This document shows, in pieces, positions 39,239 through 51,043 of a DNA stretch of 64,000 nt. Position numbers and translations under genes: made by a program. This stretch comes from an uncultured virus (IMG/VR IMGVR_UViG_3300037991_003250) (Duplodnaviria; Heunggongvirae; Uroviricota; Caudoviricetes), in the IMG/VR virus record IMGVR_UViG_3300037991_003250; one strand, given 5' to 3'. Below the pieces are notes generated by a model. The model searched no databases. It worked only from the letters and a program-made list of their open reading frames with translations, and was not told the DNA's origin. The first letter of the stretch is position 1, and each line of letters opens with the position of its first letter.

Positions 39239-42200
39239 TCACCCCACGAAGAACCATGTATTCGCGGCAACCCCAATATAGGTTCTCGCTGCATCATCAG
39301 ATATGGCGGTGTGGCTACTCGGAATGCTACTGTTGCTTGTTCCCAATCCGGGTGTTAAGTCTGAACCTGTATTGTTAATTATCGTATATTGTTGGCCTAC
39401 TTCTGCGGTTGCAGGTAGGGTAGGCGCACCGCTACCTGTTACATACACATACGAACCGGATTGTGCGTCAGTTAGTGTTGTTGTGCCTGTTATGGCTACT
39501 ACACTAATTTTGTTTGCTTTGGAAGCACCCGCTAAAACCACTTCTCCTGTTCCGCCCGGCGTAATTTCTATATCTTGGTTTTCACGCCCAATGTGTATTG
39601 TTCCGGGCGCACTTGAACCACCGCTTCTTAATTCTAAATCAACGCTCGCACTATCACATTTTATTACTTGTGGGTCGGTTGTTCCATCTAATCTAAAATT
39701 ATCAGCATATATTCTAAACTTTCTTGAGCCGCCGAGAGCGACACCTATTGTATCGTTTCCATCCCGATAAAATCCTGTATCGGTATCAGAAGAAAAACTG
39801 TAAGAAGGCGCACCTGCGCTACCGTCAGCCGCCGGAGATGCGGCAGGTCCGGTAGGACCAGCAGGTCCGGTTGGACCCGTAGGTCCTGTTCCACCAGCAG
39901 GACCCGTAGGTCCTGTGCTTCCATCCGAGCCGTCTGAGCCGTCTGAACCAGCCGGTCCGGTAGGTCCTGTTGGCCCCGTTGGTCCTGTTGGCCCCGTTGA
40001 TCCGGTAGGTCCTGCGGGTCCTGTTGGCCCCGTTGCACCCGCCGGTATAGAGAAAGCAAATACTTTTGCGGTGGCTGGACCGGAAGCAGTAACTCCTATC
40101 GGCCCTGTGCTGGCGGTCGGCGTTCCGAATCCTGCCGCCGCACCATCGCTACCGTCTGAACCGTCATCACCTGCTGGTCCTGTAGGTCCGGTAGGACCGG
40201 TTGGCCCCGTAGGGCCGGTTGGCCCTGTTGGACCTGCTGGTCCTGTTGGACCAGCCGCGCCAGCAGGAATACTGAAAGCAAATACCTTCGCTGTAGCAGG
40301 ACCGCTTGCAGTAACGCCTATTGGTCCGGTGGAAGCGGTAGGTGTTCCAAAGCCAGCCGCCGTTCCGGTTGGTCCGGTTGGACCTGTAGGTCCGGTAGGT
40401 CCGGTAGGTCCTGTCGAACCGTCAGATCCGTCACTTCCTGCTGGTCCGGTCGGCCCATTAGGACCTGTAGGACCGGTAGGACCGGTAGGACCTGCTGGTC
40501 CGGTTGAGCCGGTATTTCCTGTATCTCCTTTTGAAGCCAAAATATTCCAATAAGAAGCATTAGGTGGCTCTTGGTCGCTATGATTTGCCGTTGCTATAAA
40601 TGACGTTCCGTTATGTATAACCGCGTTATCAATAACATAACTTTTACTACTATTCCACGAACCTTCCCACGTTAAACCTTCCGGCCCTGTAGGACCGGTA
40701 GGTCCTGTAGGACCGGTAGGTCCTGTAGATCCCGTTGGTCCAGCAGGACCGGTTGAACCCGTAGGACCGGCAGGTCCGGTTGAACCGTCAGAACCGTCAG
40801 AACCGTCAGAACCAGCAGGGCCGGTTGGACCTGTGGGTCCTGTGGGTCCTGTAGGACCTGTGGGTCCTGTCGCGCCCGCCGGAATACTAAACGCGAATAC
40901 TTTAGCGGTATCGGGGCCGGATGCAGTAACACCGATAGGTCCGGTGCTTGCAGAAGGAGTGCCGAATCCAGCCGCCGCGCCCGCAGGACCGGTAGGACCG
41001 GTTGGTCCTGTTCCACCAGCAGGGCCGGTGGGTCCTGTAGCACCATCTGAACCGTCAGACCCGTCTGAACCAGCAGGACCACTTGGCCCTGTCGGACCTG
41101 TAGGACCCGTAGGGCCAGCAGGACCGGTAGGTCCGGTAGGCCCTGTTGAACCGGTATCTCCTTTATCACCGGTTCGGGCAAAGGTTACGGCAATATCTTC
41201 ACCGTCTGAAAACGGCGAAGAAGCCGATGAATCAACGGCACTTACTGTAATATCAAAGTAGCCGCTTTCTTCTGTAAGAGAAGATATAGTGAATAAAATA
41301 AATTGGCTTGAGTCGGTTAAATTACTTATCTTTACATGACCTTTAATAGTCGAAGTTGAATCGTCAATCGTGCGAAGGAATGATTGAATATCTGTGCCGT
41401 CTAAATCAGAATCGTCAATGTAAATACCTGTTGCAGTATTTTGTGTGGAGTTATCAAGCCTCAGTTTTCCTGCGGTTGGGTCAGCCTTACTTGTAGTAGT
41501 GCTAAAATCATATTTGAAAGTAGCACCACCAAAAGAACCTTGAGGCCCTGTAGGTCCTGTAGGTCCTGTAGGTCCTGTTGAACCGCTTGGCCCTGCTGGT
41601 CCTGTCGGACCTGTTGGGCCGGTTGAGCCATCTGAACCATCCGAACCATCACTTCCTGCCGGACCACTTGGGCCTGTGGGTCCTGCCGGACCGGCTGGTC
41701 CTGTTGGCCCTGTTGAACCTGCCGGACCACTTGGGCCTGTAGGACCGGTAGGTCCTGTTGCCCCTGCGGGTATAGTAAAAGCAAACACTTTTGCTGTATC
41801 TGGGCCGGATGCGGTTACGCCAATAGGCCCTGTTGAAGCAGTAGGCGTATCAAACCCTGCCGCCGCACCTGTTGAACCCGTAGGTCCGGTAGGACCTGTA
41901 GGACCCGTAGGACCTGTTGAGCCATCGCTACCATCTGAGCCATCACTTCCTGCTGGACCACTTGGACCCGTTGGCCCACTTGGTCCTGTAGGTCCTGCTG
42001 GTCCGGTTGGACCCGTTGGTCCTGTATTACCTGTGTTTCCTTTGGAAGCAAGTATATTCCAATAAGAAGCGTTTGGCGGCTCTTGATCGCTATGTGAAGC
42101 GGTTGCGATATATGATGTGCCGTTGTGTATAACTGCATCATCAATAGAATAAGTAGTCGAAGAAGACCATGTGCCTTCCCATATAAGACCTTCCGGTCCT

Positions 42201-44080
42201 GTGGGTCCTGTCGGCCCTGTCGAACCCGCCGGACCTGTTGGGCCCGTTGGTCCTGTTGGGCCAGCCGGTCCTGTGCTACCATCCGAACCATCACTTCCAG
42301 CCGGTCCTGTAGGACCACTTGGTCCTGTTGGTCCTGTAGGCCCTGTTGGGCCTGTAGCCCCCGCAGGTATAGAGAATGCGAAAACCTTTGCGGTGTCCGG
42401 CCCGCTTGCCGTTATGCCTATTGGTCCTGTGCTTGCTGATGGTGTTCCAAACCCTGCGGCTGGTCCTGTAGGACCTGTAGGACCTGTTGAACCATCCGAC
42501 CCATCCGATCCATCTGAACCTGCCGGACCTGTGGGTCCTGTTGGGCCTGTAGGTCCTGTAGGACCTGCCGGACCTGTTGCACCGGCTGGAATAGAAAAGG
42601 CAAAAACCTTAGCGGTATCGGGGCCACTTGCTGTTACACCAACAGGGCCGGTCGAAGCAGTAGGCGTATCAAATCCTGCGGCTGGTCCGGTTGGGCCACT
42701 TGGTCCTGTAGGGCCTGTTGCGCCCTGTGGTCCTGTCGGGCCTGTAGCACCATCTGAGCCATCTGAACCATCACTTCCAGCAGGACCGGTAGGTCCTGTA
42801 GGGCCTGTAGGACCTGTTGGTCCGGTTGGCCCACTTGGTCCTGTTGGTCCGGTTGCACCAGCAGGAATGCTAAATGCGAATACTTTAGCCGTGTCCGGCC
42901 CACTTGCTGTTACACCTATTGGACCTGTGGATGCAGTAGGTGTATCAAAACCTGCCGCCGCGCCGGTAGGTCCTGTGCTTCCCGTAGGTCCTTGAGGACC
43001 GGTTGGACCTGTTGCGCCCGTATCTCCTGTAGGCCCTTGAGGACCGGTTGGACCACTTGGGCCTGTAGGCCCTGTTGGTCCTGTAGCACCGGCTGGAATT
43101 GTAAAAGCGAAGATTTTTGCAGTATCGGGGCCGCTTGATGTAATACCTATTGGTCCTGTTGAAGCGGTTGGCGTTCCGAATCCGGCGGCACTTCCTGTTG
43201 GGCCTGTTGGGCCTGTCGGTCCGGTCGGCCCTGTCGAACCATTAGAACCCGCAGGGCCGGTAGGCCCTGTCGGTCCGGTCGGTCCGGTCGGTCCGGTTGC
43301 GCCGGTATCACCCTTAGCAGATAATACCGCCCAATAATCACCGTTAGGTGGCTCTTGGCCGGAATGCGCCGCCGTAGCAATATATGAATTTCCATTGTGA
43401 GTAACTGCATCGTCAATAGAATAAGATGTGCCGCTACTCCACGCACCCTCAAAGACTAATCCTTCCGGTCCTACTGCACCCGCCGGACCTGTAGGTCCTG
43501 TCGGGCCGCTTGGTCCTGTTGGACCTGTAGGTCCTGTCGGACCGGTGCTTCCTGTGGTTCCTGTTGGTCCTGTATTACCTTGTGGTCCGGTTGGGCCTGT
43601 CGGACCGGTTGGTCCTGCTGGACCCGTAACACCAACAGAAGAAAAGACTACCCATGCGTCAGATCCTACTTTACGAATAGTAGCGAGAGAATATTGGGCG
43701 ATACTTGTTGTTCCGCTAACTGTAACACCACCACCTGCGGCAAGTGTTAGTGTTCCAGCCCCTTTGTTCATAACCTTTAATTCGGTTTTATCAACAGGAA
43801 ATGCAACACTACTATTTGGTGGAACGGTAAAAGAAATAGCCGAGCCTTTGTTAGCCATTACTACTCGGCCTTCGTCTGTGCGTGTAAAGGTGTAATCATC
43901 GGTTTTATCAACAACGGGTCTTACATCAGCCGATTGTCCGGCGGTGGTGCTACCATCACCGAAGAAAACGAATCCGCTATCAGCATCCTTGAATAACTGT
44001 GCGGCGTGTGGTGTTACAGTCAGCCTATCGGCTTGTGTAGTAAAAAGAAGGTTTTTGTTATCCGTTAGAACATCAACCAT
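39239..44080 (-). CDS. Collagen-like fibre protein (1613 aa)
   Basis: Long Gly-Pro-Thr tracts interrupted by 8 AAGF.TP..STGP...KVFAF.IP modules and 3 CBM-like W..Y...D.V.HNG.SY modules. Confidence 0.92.
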   Translation of the reverse strand: MVDVLTDNKNLLFTTQADRLTVTPHAAQLFKDADSGFVFFGDGSTTAGQSADVRPVVDKTDDYTFTRTDEGRVVMANKGSAISFTVPPNSSVAFPVDKTELKVMNKGAGTLTLAAGGGVTVSGTTSIAQYSLATIRKVGSDAWVVFSSVGVTGPAGPTGPTGPTGPQGNTGPTGTTGSTGPTGPTGPTGPSGPTGPTGPAGAVGPEGLVFEGAWSSGTSYSIDDAVTHNGNSYIATAAHSGQEPPNGDYWAVLSAKGDTGATGPTGPTGPTGPTGPAGSNGSTGPTGPTGPTGPTGSAAGFGTPTASTGPIGITSSGPDTAKIFAFTIPAGATGPTGPTGPSGPTGPQGPTGDTGATGPTGPQGPTGSTGPTGAAAGFDTPTASTGPIGVTASGPDTAKVFAFSIPAGATGPTGPSGPTGPTGPTGPTGPTGPAGSDGSDGSDGATGPTGPQGATGPTGPSGPTGPAAGFDTPTASTGPVGVTASGPDTAKVFAFSIPAGATGPAGPTGPTGPTGPTGPAGSDGSDGSDGSTGPTGPTGPAAGFGTPSASTGPIGITASGPDTAKVFAFSIPAGATGPTGPTGPTGPSGPTGPAGSDGSDGSTGPAGPTGPTGPTGPAGSTGPTGPTGPEGLIWEGTWSSSTTYSIDDAVIHNGTSYIATASHSDQEPPNASYWNILASKGNTGNTGPTGPTGPAGPTGPSGPTGPSGPAGSDGSDGSDGSTGPTGPTGPTGPTGSTGAAAGFDTPTASTGPIGVTASGPDTAKVFAFTIPAGATGPTGPTGPSGPAGSTGPTGPAGPAGPTGPSGPAGSDGSDGSDGSTGPTGPTGPAGPSGSTGPTGPTGPTGPQGSFGGATFKYDFSTTTSKADPTAGKLRLDNSTQNTATGIYIDDSDLDGTDIQSFLRTIDDSTSTIKGHVKISNLTDSSQFILFTISSLTEESGYFDITVSAVDSSASSPFSDGEDIAVTFARTGDKGDTGSTGPTGPTGPAGPTGPTGPTGPSGPAGSDGSDGSDGATGPTGPAGGTGPTGPTGPAGAAAGFGTPSASTGPIGVTASGPDTAKVFAFSIPAGATGPTGPTGPTGPTGPTGPAGSDGSDGSDGSTGPAGPTGSTGPAGPTGSTGPTGPTGPTGPTGPEGLTWEGSWNSSKSYVIDNAVIHNGTSFIATANHSDQEPPNASYWNILASKGDTGNTGSTGPAGPTGPTGPTGPNGPTGPAGSDGSDGSTGPTGPTGPTGPTGPTGTAAGFGTPTASTGPIGVTASGPATAKVFAFSIPAGAAGPTGPAGPTGPTGPTGPTGPTGPTGPAGDDGSDGSDGAAAGFGTPTASTGPIGVTASGPATAKVFAFSIPAGATGPTGPAGPTGSTGPTGPTGPTGPTGPAGSDGSDGSDGSTGPTGPAGGTGPTGPTGPAGPTGPAASPAADGSAGAPSYSFSSDTDTGFYRDGNDTIGVALGGSRKFRIYADNFRLDGTTDPQVIKCDSASVDLELRSGGSSAPGTIHIGRENQDIEITPGGTGEVVLAGASKANKISVVAITGTTTLTDAQSGSYVYVTGSGAPTLPATAEVGQQYTIINNTGSDLTPGLGTSNSSIPSSHTAISDDAARTYIGVAANTWFFVG

Positions 44081-44129
44081 GCTAACCGCACCTTACCCCT
44101 ATTGTGTTCTGTGTGTCGTATTAACATTT

Positions 44130-45641
44130 TTAGTCGAATTGAATCCATATTGTCGCTTCCGCATCATTTAAGTCAGTAGTGCCGCTTTTTCTCCTAAGAG
44201 ATAATGTGTCGCCAGCGACAAAAGATAGAGAAGGAACATCCGTAACTTTTGAATTATTACTGTTTAATGTATTTGCCGCAAAAGAAATATCAACATCTGA
44301 TGTGCTACCGTCTGATGCGAGGGTTTTTCTTATTGTAAATGTATTATTTGCAGACCCGCTTATTGTTCCCGAAAAATGAAGGCTTATTGTATGCGGCGAT
44401 CCAGCGTAAGGCATAACGATTTCTGCGGGTGTAAATGCAACACCTGTGTTTGTGTCTAAAGAAGCCTTTGAATAATATAACGGGTGTAGTCTAAAGCGAT
44501 TAGTTACTAATCTTTCGCCTGTTCCGCCGTAAGCAGTAGGTAATAATTCATCTGTTCCGCGCACACGATAAATACCATCAGATATTTGTTGGAAATTCCA
44601 ATCACCGTTAATTATAGGTGGTTTTATTGTATGTATTTCTGCGGTATTAGTCGATCCATAATCAGCATTACCATAAAAACGACCGTTAATTACTAACTCA
44701 TTACAATTTAAGCGAGTATTAGCATTTATTTTATAGTAATAAGATGTAGTGGTTGATTCTTCAATTACCAATTTATTATATTTAGCCGTAAATAAAGATG
44801 TGCTAACTCCGAAATTTGTATCGCCTGTTACGGGTAATGTTGAGTTAGCAGTAGGTCTTAAATGTAAGCATGAATAACCCCAATCAAAAGTATTATTGGC
44901 TATGTTTTGTATAGCACCGTTGATTTCAAATATTTTATTTTTATCATCATGTGTTTTTGAAAGAGGCTGGACTCTAACATTAGGGTTATTATTAAAATTT
45001 AGACTTAACATAGATACATAACCAAAGTCTGTATCTTTTGTTAATTTAGGTATAGTATCAGCGTCATAATTTTGATAATCGTTAGAAGTTACAAAAGTTG
45101 TAACACCGGAAGCAGGATCGATTTTAACATTAGGATAAACACCGTCTGCTAAAGAAAATTCAACCGCACCACCATTAACAAAAGAAAATGTGGTATTTTC
45201 TCTTGACGCTTCTCTATCAAAAATACCATTTGTGCTTGTATCGAATTTACTATCTGTAGTATATCTTACGGCGTATTTACTTGTTGAGCCACCTGCGTTA
45301 TCGTAATTTGCGCCTGTTGGTGTTGTTTCAAAATTAAATACTGTTCCACTACCCATTGAAAATACTTCTGCTTGTTCAACAATCAAACCAACACCATTTG
45401 ATAGCGTTATTGTTTGGCCGCTAAATTGGACTAACGGTGTTGCACCACCAAAAATAGCATAATCATTATGCACATGGATTGCTTGAAATCCTATATCACC
45501 TAAATTAGTCATATCACAAATACGGGTGCAAACACCATCAAAATGCACTTCATCAGAAGCAGTAGGTAAAACACCGCCGCCCCAATTTGCGGCCACGCTT
45601 GCATCTGTTGATGTGCCGCCAGCCCATTTAATTGTCGCCAT
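44130..45641 (-). CDS. Adhesin-like virion protein
   Basis: WAGG.STD.S..ANW....LP...D.V.F N-terminus; Asn/Thr-rich. Confidence 0.55.
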   Translation of the reverse strand: MATIKWAGGTSTDASVAANWGGGVLPTASDEVHFDGVCTRICDMTNLGDIGFQAIHVHNDYAIFGGATPLVQFSGQTITLSNGVGLIVEQAEVFSMGSGTVFNFETTPTGANYDNAGGSTSKYAVRYTTDSKFDTSTNGIFDREASRENTTFSFVNGGAVEFSLADGVYPNVKIDPASGVTTFVTSNDYQNYDADTIPKLTKDTDFGYVSMLSLNFNNNPNVRVQPLSKTHDDKNKIFEINGAIQNIANNTFDWGYSCLHLRPTANSTLPVTGDTNFGVSTSLFTAKYNKLVIEESTTTSYYYKINANTRLNCNELVINGRFYGNADYGSTNTAEIHTIKPPIINGDWNFQQISDGIYRVRGTDELLPTAYGGTGERLVTNRFRLHPLYYSKASLDTNTGVAFTPAEIVMPYAGSPHTISLHFSGTISGSANNTFTIRKTLASDGSTSDVDISFAANTLNSNNSKVTDVPSLSFVAGDTLSLRRKSGTTDLNDAEATIWIQFD

Positions 45642-45651
45642 TAGTTATCCC

Positions 45652-46140
45652 TCATTTCGTTGGGTGCAACGAACCGGATAACTGACTACTTGTTGTTCCA
45701 CTTATTCGGGAATCAGTCTTCTTTACCGAGAATGCCGTTCCGCCTTTTTCTTCAATTAAACTCAATGCTTCTTCCGCTTGCTTTTCAAACGAAGCCAATT
45801 GTTTGTTAAATCTAATATCTGATACTCCCTGTTCTTTTTCCGGCACAACGGCAGGTATAGTATCAATGAGGACACGAAGACAATCAACACATACGAGAAG
45901 TTTGATAGCATTCTCTATGTCTGTTGTCGAAGGCGCATTTGTCGAAGTTACTCCGACATAATTTGCCTGTCGTGTCTTTTTTGTTACCTGTGAATTACGA
46001 AGATTAACATACTCAATAACTGTGCCGCTATTCAAACCTCTCGGTCTGTTAAGGAGATTGCGAATTGTATTTACTGTAATTTGCGTATCAAAGAGAGTGT
46101 CGCCGTCTTCGATTACCAAATCTCCCATTACGAAGCCCAT
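45652..46140 (-). CDS. Head-completion protein
   Basis: ITVNTIRNLL adaptor-like helix; synteny. Confidence 0.45.
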   Translation of the reverse strand: MGFVMGDLVIEDGDTLFDTQITVNTIRNLLNRPRGLNSGTVIEYVNLRNSQVTKKTRQANYVGVTSTNAPSTTDIENAIKLLVCVDCLRVLIDTIPAVVPEKEQGVSDIRFNKQLASFEKQAEEALSLIEEKGGTAFSVKKTDSRISGTTSSQLSGSLHPTK

Positions 46141-46496
46141 TATGCAAACCTCATGTCGTAGTCCAACGGCACATCAAGAAATGTAGTGTCTGATGAAGGT
46201 TTCTCCGTTCTATCCATTACAAAAACAATTTTTGATTCTATGATCCTTTTAGCCATGTCGCTATTAGGAATCCAATATATTGCCTTTCTATCAGTCAAAA
46301 GACTAACAGGGTGGTCGGGTTTGCCTTGAGAAGATTTAATCAAGCGAACTAAAAAACCTTTTCCACCAATCCAATGCTTAAGTCGGTGTTCCATATCAGC
46401 CTTGTTTGCTGATTCGGGAATTGGTATCTCATTCTTTTTTAGTTGAGATACTAACTTCGCTTTCGTTGGTGCTTTCTTTTGGCTTTTCTTCGACAT
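46140..46496 (-). CDS. Hypothetical protein (HeH/LEM-like N-terminus)
   Basis: TKAKLVSQLKKNEIPIPESANKADM. Confidence 0.5.
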   Translation of the reverse strand: MSKKSQKKAPTKAKLVSQLKKNEIPIPESANKADMEHRLKHWIGGKGFLVRLIKSSQGKPDHPVSLLTDRKAIYWIPNSDMAKRIIESKIVFVMDRTEKPSSDTTFLDVPLDYDMRFA

Positions 46497-46683
46497 TCAC
46501 TTTCACTTCCTTTGTCTTACGACTCTTTGTCTTTACTTCGGCTACCGCGCAATTGCGGATAACCCAACGCTTAATCTTGAAATCAGATTTAACATTTACC
46601 AATACATCGGGTAATTCATCGGGGCATTCACGCCCTAATTCCTTGCAGATTTCTTTAAGCAAATCCATGTCCTTCACCTTCAC
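46429..46683 (-). CDS. Hypothetical protein
   Basis: 84 aa; coupled to upstream stop. Confidence 0.5.
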   Translation of the reverse strand: MKVKDMDLLKEICKELGRECPDELPDVLVNVKSDFKIKRWVIRNCAVAEVKTKSRKTKEVKVNVEEKPKESTNESEVSISTKKE

Positions 46684-47096
46684 GCGATAGCGTAGGCGAG
46701 AACATATACTACCAAAGCAGGAACATCTGTGCCGCCACCATCAGTTGCGGTTACCTTGAGTGTTCCACCTGCGGCGACTTCGTGTCTTGCGTCATCAATC
46801 TCGCCAATTCTAACAACATCTTTATCACCAGCAGATGCAATAGATACTGCATCACTAATAGCGTTTGATCCGTTGAATACTTGGTATGTATCGCTTGTTG
46901 TTCCTGCACCCTTCAATACTGCGTGTGCATCAACGACACGGATTGCTCTATCAACCACAACAGACTCGCTTTCAGTAGCCCCACCATCAGTTGTAAATAC
47001 ATACAAAAGAGGGATTAGGCCACTTGTGCCGCCTGTGTTGGTTCTCTTAGGCATTACTCCTGTTAGGAGATTTTGCATTTTACGGTTCTGAGGCAT
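46680..47096 (-). CDS. Minor capsid / decoration protein
   Basis: Beta-rich; directly after the MCP; SD GGGTGA. Confidence 0.5.
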   Translation of the reverse strand: MPQNRKMQNLLTGVMPKRTNTGGTSGLIPLLYVFTTDGGATESESVVVDRAIRVVDAHAVLKGAGTTSDTYQVFNGSNAISDAVSIASAGDKDVVRIGEIDDARHEVAAGGTLKVTATDGGGTDVPALVVYVLAYAIA

Positions 47097-47111
47097 CCTC
47101 AATCACCCCGA

Positions 47112-48020
47112 TTATGCCCTTACGCCTGTTATCTTAACAATCCTGTTTGAAGTGCCGCTTGATGCGCCGTCTTGATGCTCATGCACTACGCTTCCCATGA
47201 AAGAAGTTAGTAGCCAATCGAACCCAACACCCGGTAGCCGAGTCAATTCTGTTTCTTGGAATCCCGGTCCGTTGTATTGGAAGAACTCAGCAGTTTCAGC
47301 ACCCGGAATTAGTAGTAGTGCATCGTTTCCGATAGCATTTCCGCTTCCGTAATCGCGGGTGTAGTAAATTGTTAGGTTAGCAACACGGCCTAAGTGAGAT
47401 TGTAGCGACTCAACAACGTTACCGTATAGTTGAGTGTTCATCATAACACTTCTCTTGTCTGCTGGTAGGATTAGAGCGAGTGGCTCATCACCGCTAACTC
47501 TTGCGTTAGCAAAGATAAGGTCCATAGCCTCTAAGATATCCTGTTCCTCGTCTGCGGCGGCTGAACCAAAGGTCGAAGTTGCGGCCTTTGTCTGTCCTGC
47601 ACCTGCATAAAGGGTGGATAGGATATGGTTATCGATCTTGTCTGCCCTTGCTTGGATAATTCCGAGTTGTTGTCGGTCAATGTTCTCAAAAGACTCACCG
47701 CGTAGTCTTACGGAGTCAAGGAAAGTGCATCGGCCCTGTCCTTTCTCTAACTTAACGGTGTAGTTTTCTGTTCCAATCTTGGTTGGGTCTGTGGTTGCGT
47801 TATCATCCAATGGGTAGGAGAATGAACCGGTAGCACCTGTGAACCACTTGAACTCAAGCCATCCGACTGAGCGTGTTCCAACAACATTTGTTCCTACTGC
47901 AATAGTAGTGGACTGTAGTTGGATAAAATCTCTTAGTGTTTGCTCAAGGACCGAATCTCCTGTGGAGAAAGGACCGGAAGCCGCTTCAACATTCAATATA
48001 TCTTCTAAACTTTGCGCCAT
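47112..48020 (-). CDS. Major capsid protein (HK97 fold)
   Basis: 302 aa after protease and decoration genes; A...D..IL..L spine helix; SD AAGGAG. Confidence 0.75.
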   Translation of the reverse strand: MAQSLEDILNVEAASGPFSTGDSVLEQTLRDFIQLQSTTIAVGTNVVGTRSVGWLEFKWFTGATGSFSYPLDDNATTDPTKIGTENYTVKLEKGQGRCTFLDSVRLRGESFENIDRQQLGIIQARADKIDNHILSTLYAGAGQTKAATSTFGSAAADEEQDILEAMDLIFANARVSGDEPLALILPADKRSVMMNTQLYGNVVESLQSHLGRVANLTIYYTRDYGSGNAIGNDALLLIPGAETAEFFQYNGPGFQETELTRLPGVGFDWLLTSFMGSVVHEHQDGASSGTSNRIVKITGVRA

Positions 48021-48036
48021 TTCATCATCTCCTTAA

Positions 48037-48459
48037 TCAAGCAATCTCCGCACCTGCGGTCATAACGGGGATTAAATCACCGTTAGCAGAAGATGTGGTT
48101 TGACCCTCTCCTACATATAGTCCGAGTTTCTTTGCGGAAGAACCGCTTGAAGTTGTAGCAAGACCGCTTGATGCAATATAGACTGTTGCACCTGTGGTCC
48201 ATGTTTGTGAAGCAGTAGCCGCTACCATCAACATTCCGCCCAATGGGTAGTATGCTACTGTAGCACCTGTTGTTTCGTAATCAAGGTTTGCATCTCGGCT
48301 GGATTCACCAGCAGATACACCGATTGCGACTTCGCTAACTGCGGTTAGATCTAACTTATTGTTAGTGCTATCGTTAGTCAAAAGATAGCCCGGACCACTA
48401 ACTGTGGTCGCATCCTTTAGTGTTGCATTTCGTGGGTCTGCGCCTTCTCCGTAAGCCAT
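48037..48459 (-). CDS. Capsid cement / decoration protein
   Basis: AIGV..., G..VY....G..T and A.GD.I.V pattern like DUF2190-type cement proteins. Confidence 0.65.
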   Translation of the reverse strand: MAYGEGADPRNATLKDATTVSGPGYLLTNDSTNNKLDLTAVSEVAIGVSAGESSRDANLDYETTGATVAYYPLGGMLMVAATASQTWTTGATVYIASSGLATTSSGSSAKKLGLYVGEGQTTSSANGDLIPVMTAGAEIA

Positions 48460-48460
48460 C

Positions 48461-50326
48461 TTAAATCATCTCCTTTATTTCTGAGTATTTTCCTGCTCGC
48501 ATATCATCTTTTTCGTTGCGAGCGAGAGTGTTATTCCATGCAGAAGCCCATGCGTTCCATGCCTTCTCATATAGGTCTTCATCAGTTTCAACCATTTTTC
48601 CGTTTAGGTAGTTTGCTACTACCGACTTAGGGGCTGGTGCTGATGCTTCCACTACTGTTTCAGAAGCAACGGCTTCCTCAACAGGTTTCATCTCAACAGG
48701 TTCGGGGGTAGGGTGTGCCTCAGCCCACGAAGCGATCAAGCCTCTTAGCGTTTCAGTTGAAAGGTCTTCGTGGCCCTTCATACCCATTTCGCTGGCCTCA
48801 GTTACGAGAACTTGTCGCTCATCTTCCGCTCTTGCTTCGTCTGCCGCTTCAAATTCAGCAACACGACTGTTAGCGAGAACTACTTGAGCCTTCAAGTCTT
48901 CGATTTGAGAAGCGAGGGCTTCCATTTCGTTTGTATCATCAATAATCTCATCAGTCATAATCTTCACCGATTGTTGTTTTCCCTCAGAAGCCGAGTGATA
49001 TTTAATGGTTGTCTGTGCTTCAACCCTTTTTACGCTTTCTATGTTGGCTTCATTGTATGCCGGTTTATGCACGATAGCCAAATGGTCGAAGGTAAAATCT
49101 TCCCCAAAGACTAAACCATCATCGTCTGCCTTTACCGGCACACCCGATCCGCCAATACTTACGCCATACCCTGCTCTTAACCAAAGGCCGGATTCTAATG
49201 CTTCAAATAATTCTGTTCTCACAACATGAGCGGCATATTTAACAATGTAACCTTCTTCTCTTTCTTCAAAGGTTGCTTCTGTAATATATCCTACAACGGC
49301 TTCATCTATGTCGCCTTTCATGTTGCGCGTGAAGCCGCCGCCAGCCGTAGCCTTCGGGTGATTTAGTGTTAAATCGGAATCAACCATTTGCTCGGCAACA
49401 AATCGTGCGCCTTCTTTTGTTAAGGACCATTTGTTTTTATTCATGCCTTCATGGAATGCTATTCCTCTAATTTCGATAACGGTTTTTCCTGTGGTGGCCT
49501 CAAGTATTGCTTCGGCCTCTCCGATTTCTAATTCAAGAGTTACTGCGACTTTTCGGCATTCGCCGTCAATCAATTCTTCACCGATACCGCAGGTTTGAGA
49601 AGCATACTCATCTTTCTTTTTGTAGCCCTCAACCTTAAATTCATGTCCTTCATGTGCGGCCATACATTCGTCTTTTGAATATCCCATAGCCATACATCGG
49701 CTCATGTATTCTTCATGTGATTCATCATCTTTTGGAGTTGGTTCTGCCGCTTCTTTGCTTTCCATTTTACAAGTCTTATGGTCTGCACAGTAGGCTTGAG
49801 ATGTGCAAGAAGCGCATACATCATATCCTGCTTCCGCTTTTTGCTTGATAGGAATACAGTTAGGCACACGGCGACCATTCTTTGTTTTCATGCCGTATTG
49901 CTCGTAGCCTTCTGTGCATGGGTCATCAGCGTCTTTGGCTTCAACAGATTCGTCTTCATTACAACCGCAACCACAAGGGCTACCGTCTTCGGCTTCAACC
50001 TTTTTACCGCCTCGCCATTGTCTGCAAGACCAATAACGGGCCTTCCATTTTGGGCCGGGAGAATCACAGTTATGTCGTGAGCGAAAAGATTTTCTTCTTG
50101 CGGGGTCATCTCTTTTAATTTCCATGTTAGGGTCGCCAAACCTTACAAGAACGACATTACCTTTTTCATTTTTAGTATAAACGCCGAATTTTTTGTTTGC
50201 GCCTTTTGTCCTAAATGGTTTGTTTAGAGTTACTGAGCGGCCTTGATATTCCGCCGCTTCAACATCTATTTCTTCCCAATCCTCATAAGCGACTACTTCT
50301 CCGCCGCAACCACAACCGCAAGACAT
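48461..50326 (-). CDS. Prohead protease fused to scaffold, with Cys-rich N-terminal modules
   Basis: GIAFHEG.NKN.W, LNH, VSIG, HLAIV.KPAY..A protease motifs; acidic coiled-coil C-terminus. Confidence 0.85.
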   Translation of the reverse strand: MSCGCGCGGEVVAYEDWEEIDVEAAEYQGRSVTLNKPFRTKGANKKFGVYTKNEKGNVVLVRFGDPNMEIKRDDPARRKSFRSRHNCDSPGPKWKARYWSCRQWRGGKKVEAEDGSPCGCGCNEDESVEAKDADDPCTEGYEQYGMKTKNGRRVPNCIPIKQKAEAGYDVCASCTSQAYCADHKTCKMESKEAAEPTPKDDESHEEYMSRCMAMGYSKDECMAAHEGHEFKVEGYKKKDEYASQTCGIGEELIDGECRKVAVTLELEIGEAEAILEATTGKTVIEIRGIAFHEGMNKNKWSLTKEGARFVAEQMVDSDLTLNHPKATAGGGFTRNMKGDIDEAVVGYITEATFEEREEGYIVKYAAHVVRTELFEALESGLWLRAGYGVSIGGSGVPVKADDDGLVFGEDFTFDHLAIVHKPAYNEANIESVKRVEAQTTIKYHSASEGKQQSVKIMTDEIIDDTNEMEALASQIEDLKAQVVLANSRVAEFEAADEARAEDERQVLVTEASEMGMKGHEDLSTETLRGLIASWAEAHPTPEPVEMKPVEEAVASETVVEASAPAPKSVVANYLNGKMVETDEDLYEKAWNAWASAWNNTLARNEKDDMRAGKYSEIKEMI

Positions 50327-50527
50327 TGGCCTTCGGTCGCAAATAGTGATTTATTAAACTCCCGTTTCCATTTGTTTTTCAAAATCGCTAAGATTATCCC
50401 ACCACGCCCAAAATTCGGCATCCAATTCTTCGTCAGACAATTACTCACCATCCTTTTGAGGATAGCCACCGTTCCAAAGCGTATGAGATGAATCCAGCGA
50501 TAATAAGAAATAAGATGTGTTCATACA

Positions 50528-51043
50528 TCACTTACCGCCTTTCTTGCCGTTAGTAATTTGGAATGCCTCCATGTCGAGGGTGTGTTGCTTTTGCATTTTC
50601 TCCATTTCTAAGTCGTGCTTTAGTTTGTGTTCCTCAAGCATTCTTGTGTGGTTCTTTTCTGCATCCGTAGCGGCTACATCAGAAGACAATTGGTCCGGCA
50701 AAACATTTATTTTTGCGGTTTCTTTACCCTTAAACAAATCAAGGACTGATGTAATGATAAGAAGTGCAGGACCGCCGAGAAGACCGATAACTGTTAATTG
50801 ACTGTCGGATATTTCTCTTTGCTCAACGATACTAAAATAAGATGCAGTAGCCGCAATAACTACCCAAGCCATAACGACTCCCATACCGAAAGTTAGCATC
50901 AAAGCCTCGTTAGGGTTACCCATTTTTGTTCGACTCATGCGCTTCCAAGCCTTGAGTTGATTTATCAAGGTTTCAATTATCATTACCAAAATAACACCGT
51001 AAACAAAAGGAATTAAAGGTAATAATACATCATTCGATAACAT
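50528..51043 (-). CDS. Membrane protein (holin-like) with coiled-coil tail
   Basis: 2-3 hydrophobic helices; start uncertain. Confidence 0.55.
   Translation of the reverse strand: MLSNDVLLPLIPFVYGVILVMIIETLINQLKAWKRMSRTKMGNPNEALMLTFGMGVVMAWVVIAATASYFSIVEQREISDSQLTVIGLLGGPALLIITSVLDLFKGKETAKINVLPDQLSSDVAATDAEKNHTRMLEEHKLKHDLEMEKMQKQHTLDMEAFQITNGKKGGK

Noticed and set aside
39303..44171. Plus-strand (GPV)n ORFs and alternative-frame ORFs in the collagen gene
   Set aside because: Antisense and out-of-frame shadows of Gly-Pro-Thr codon repeats
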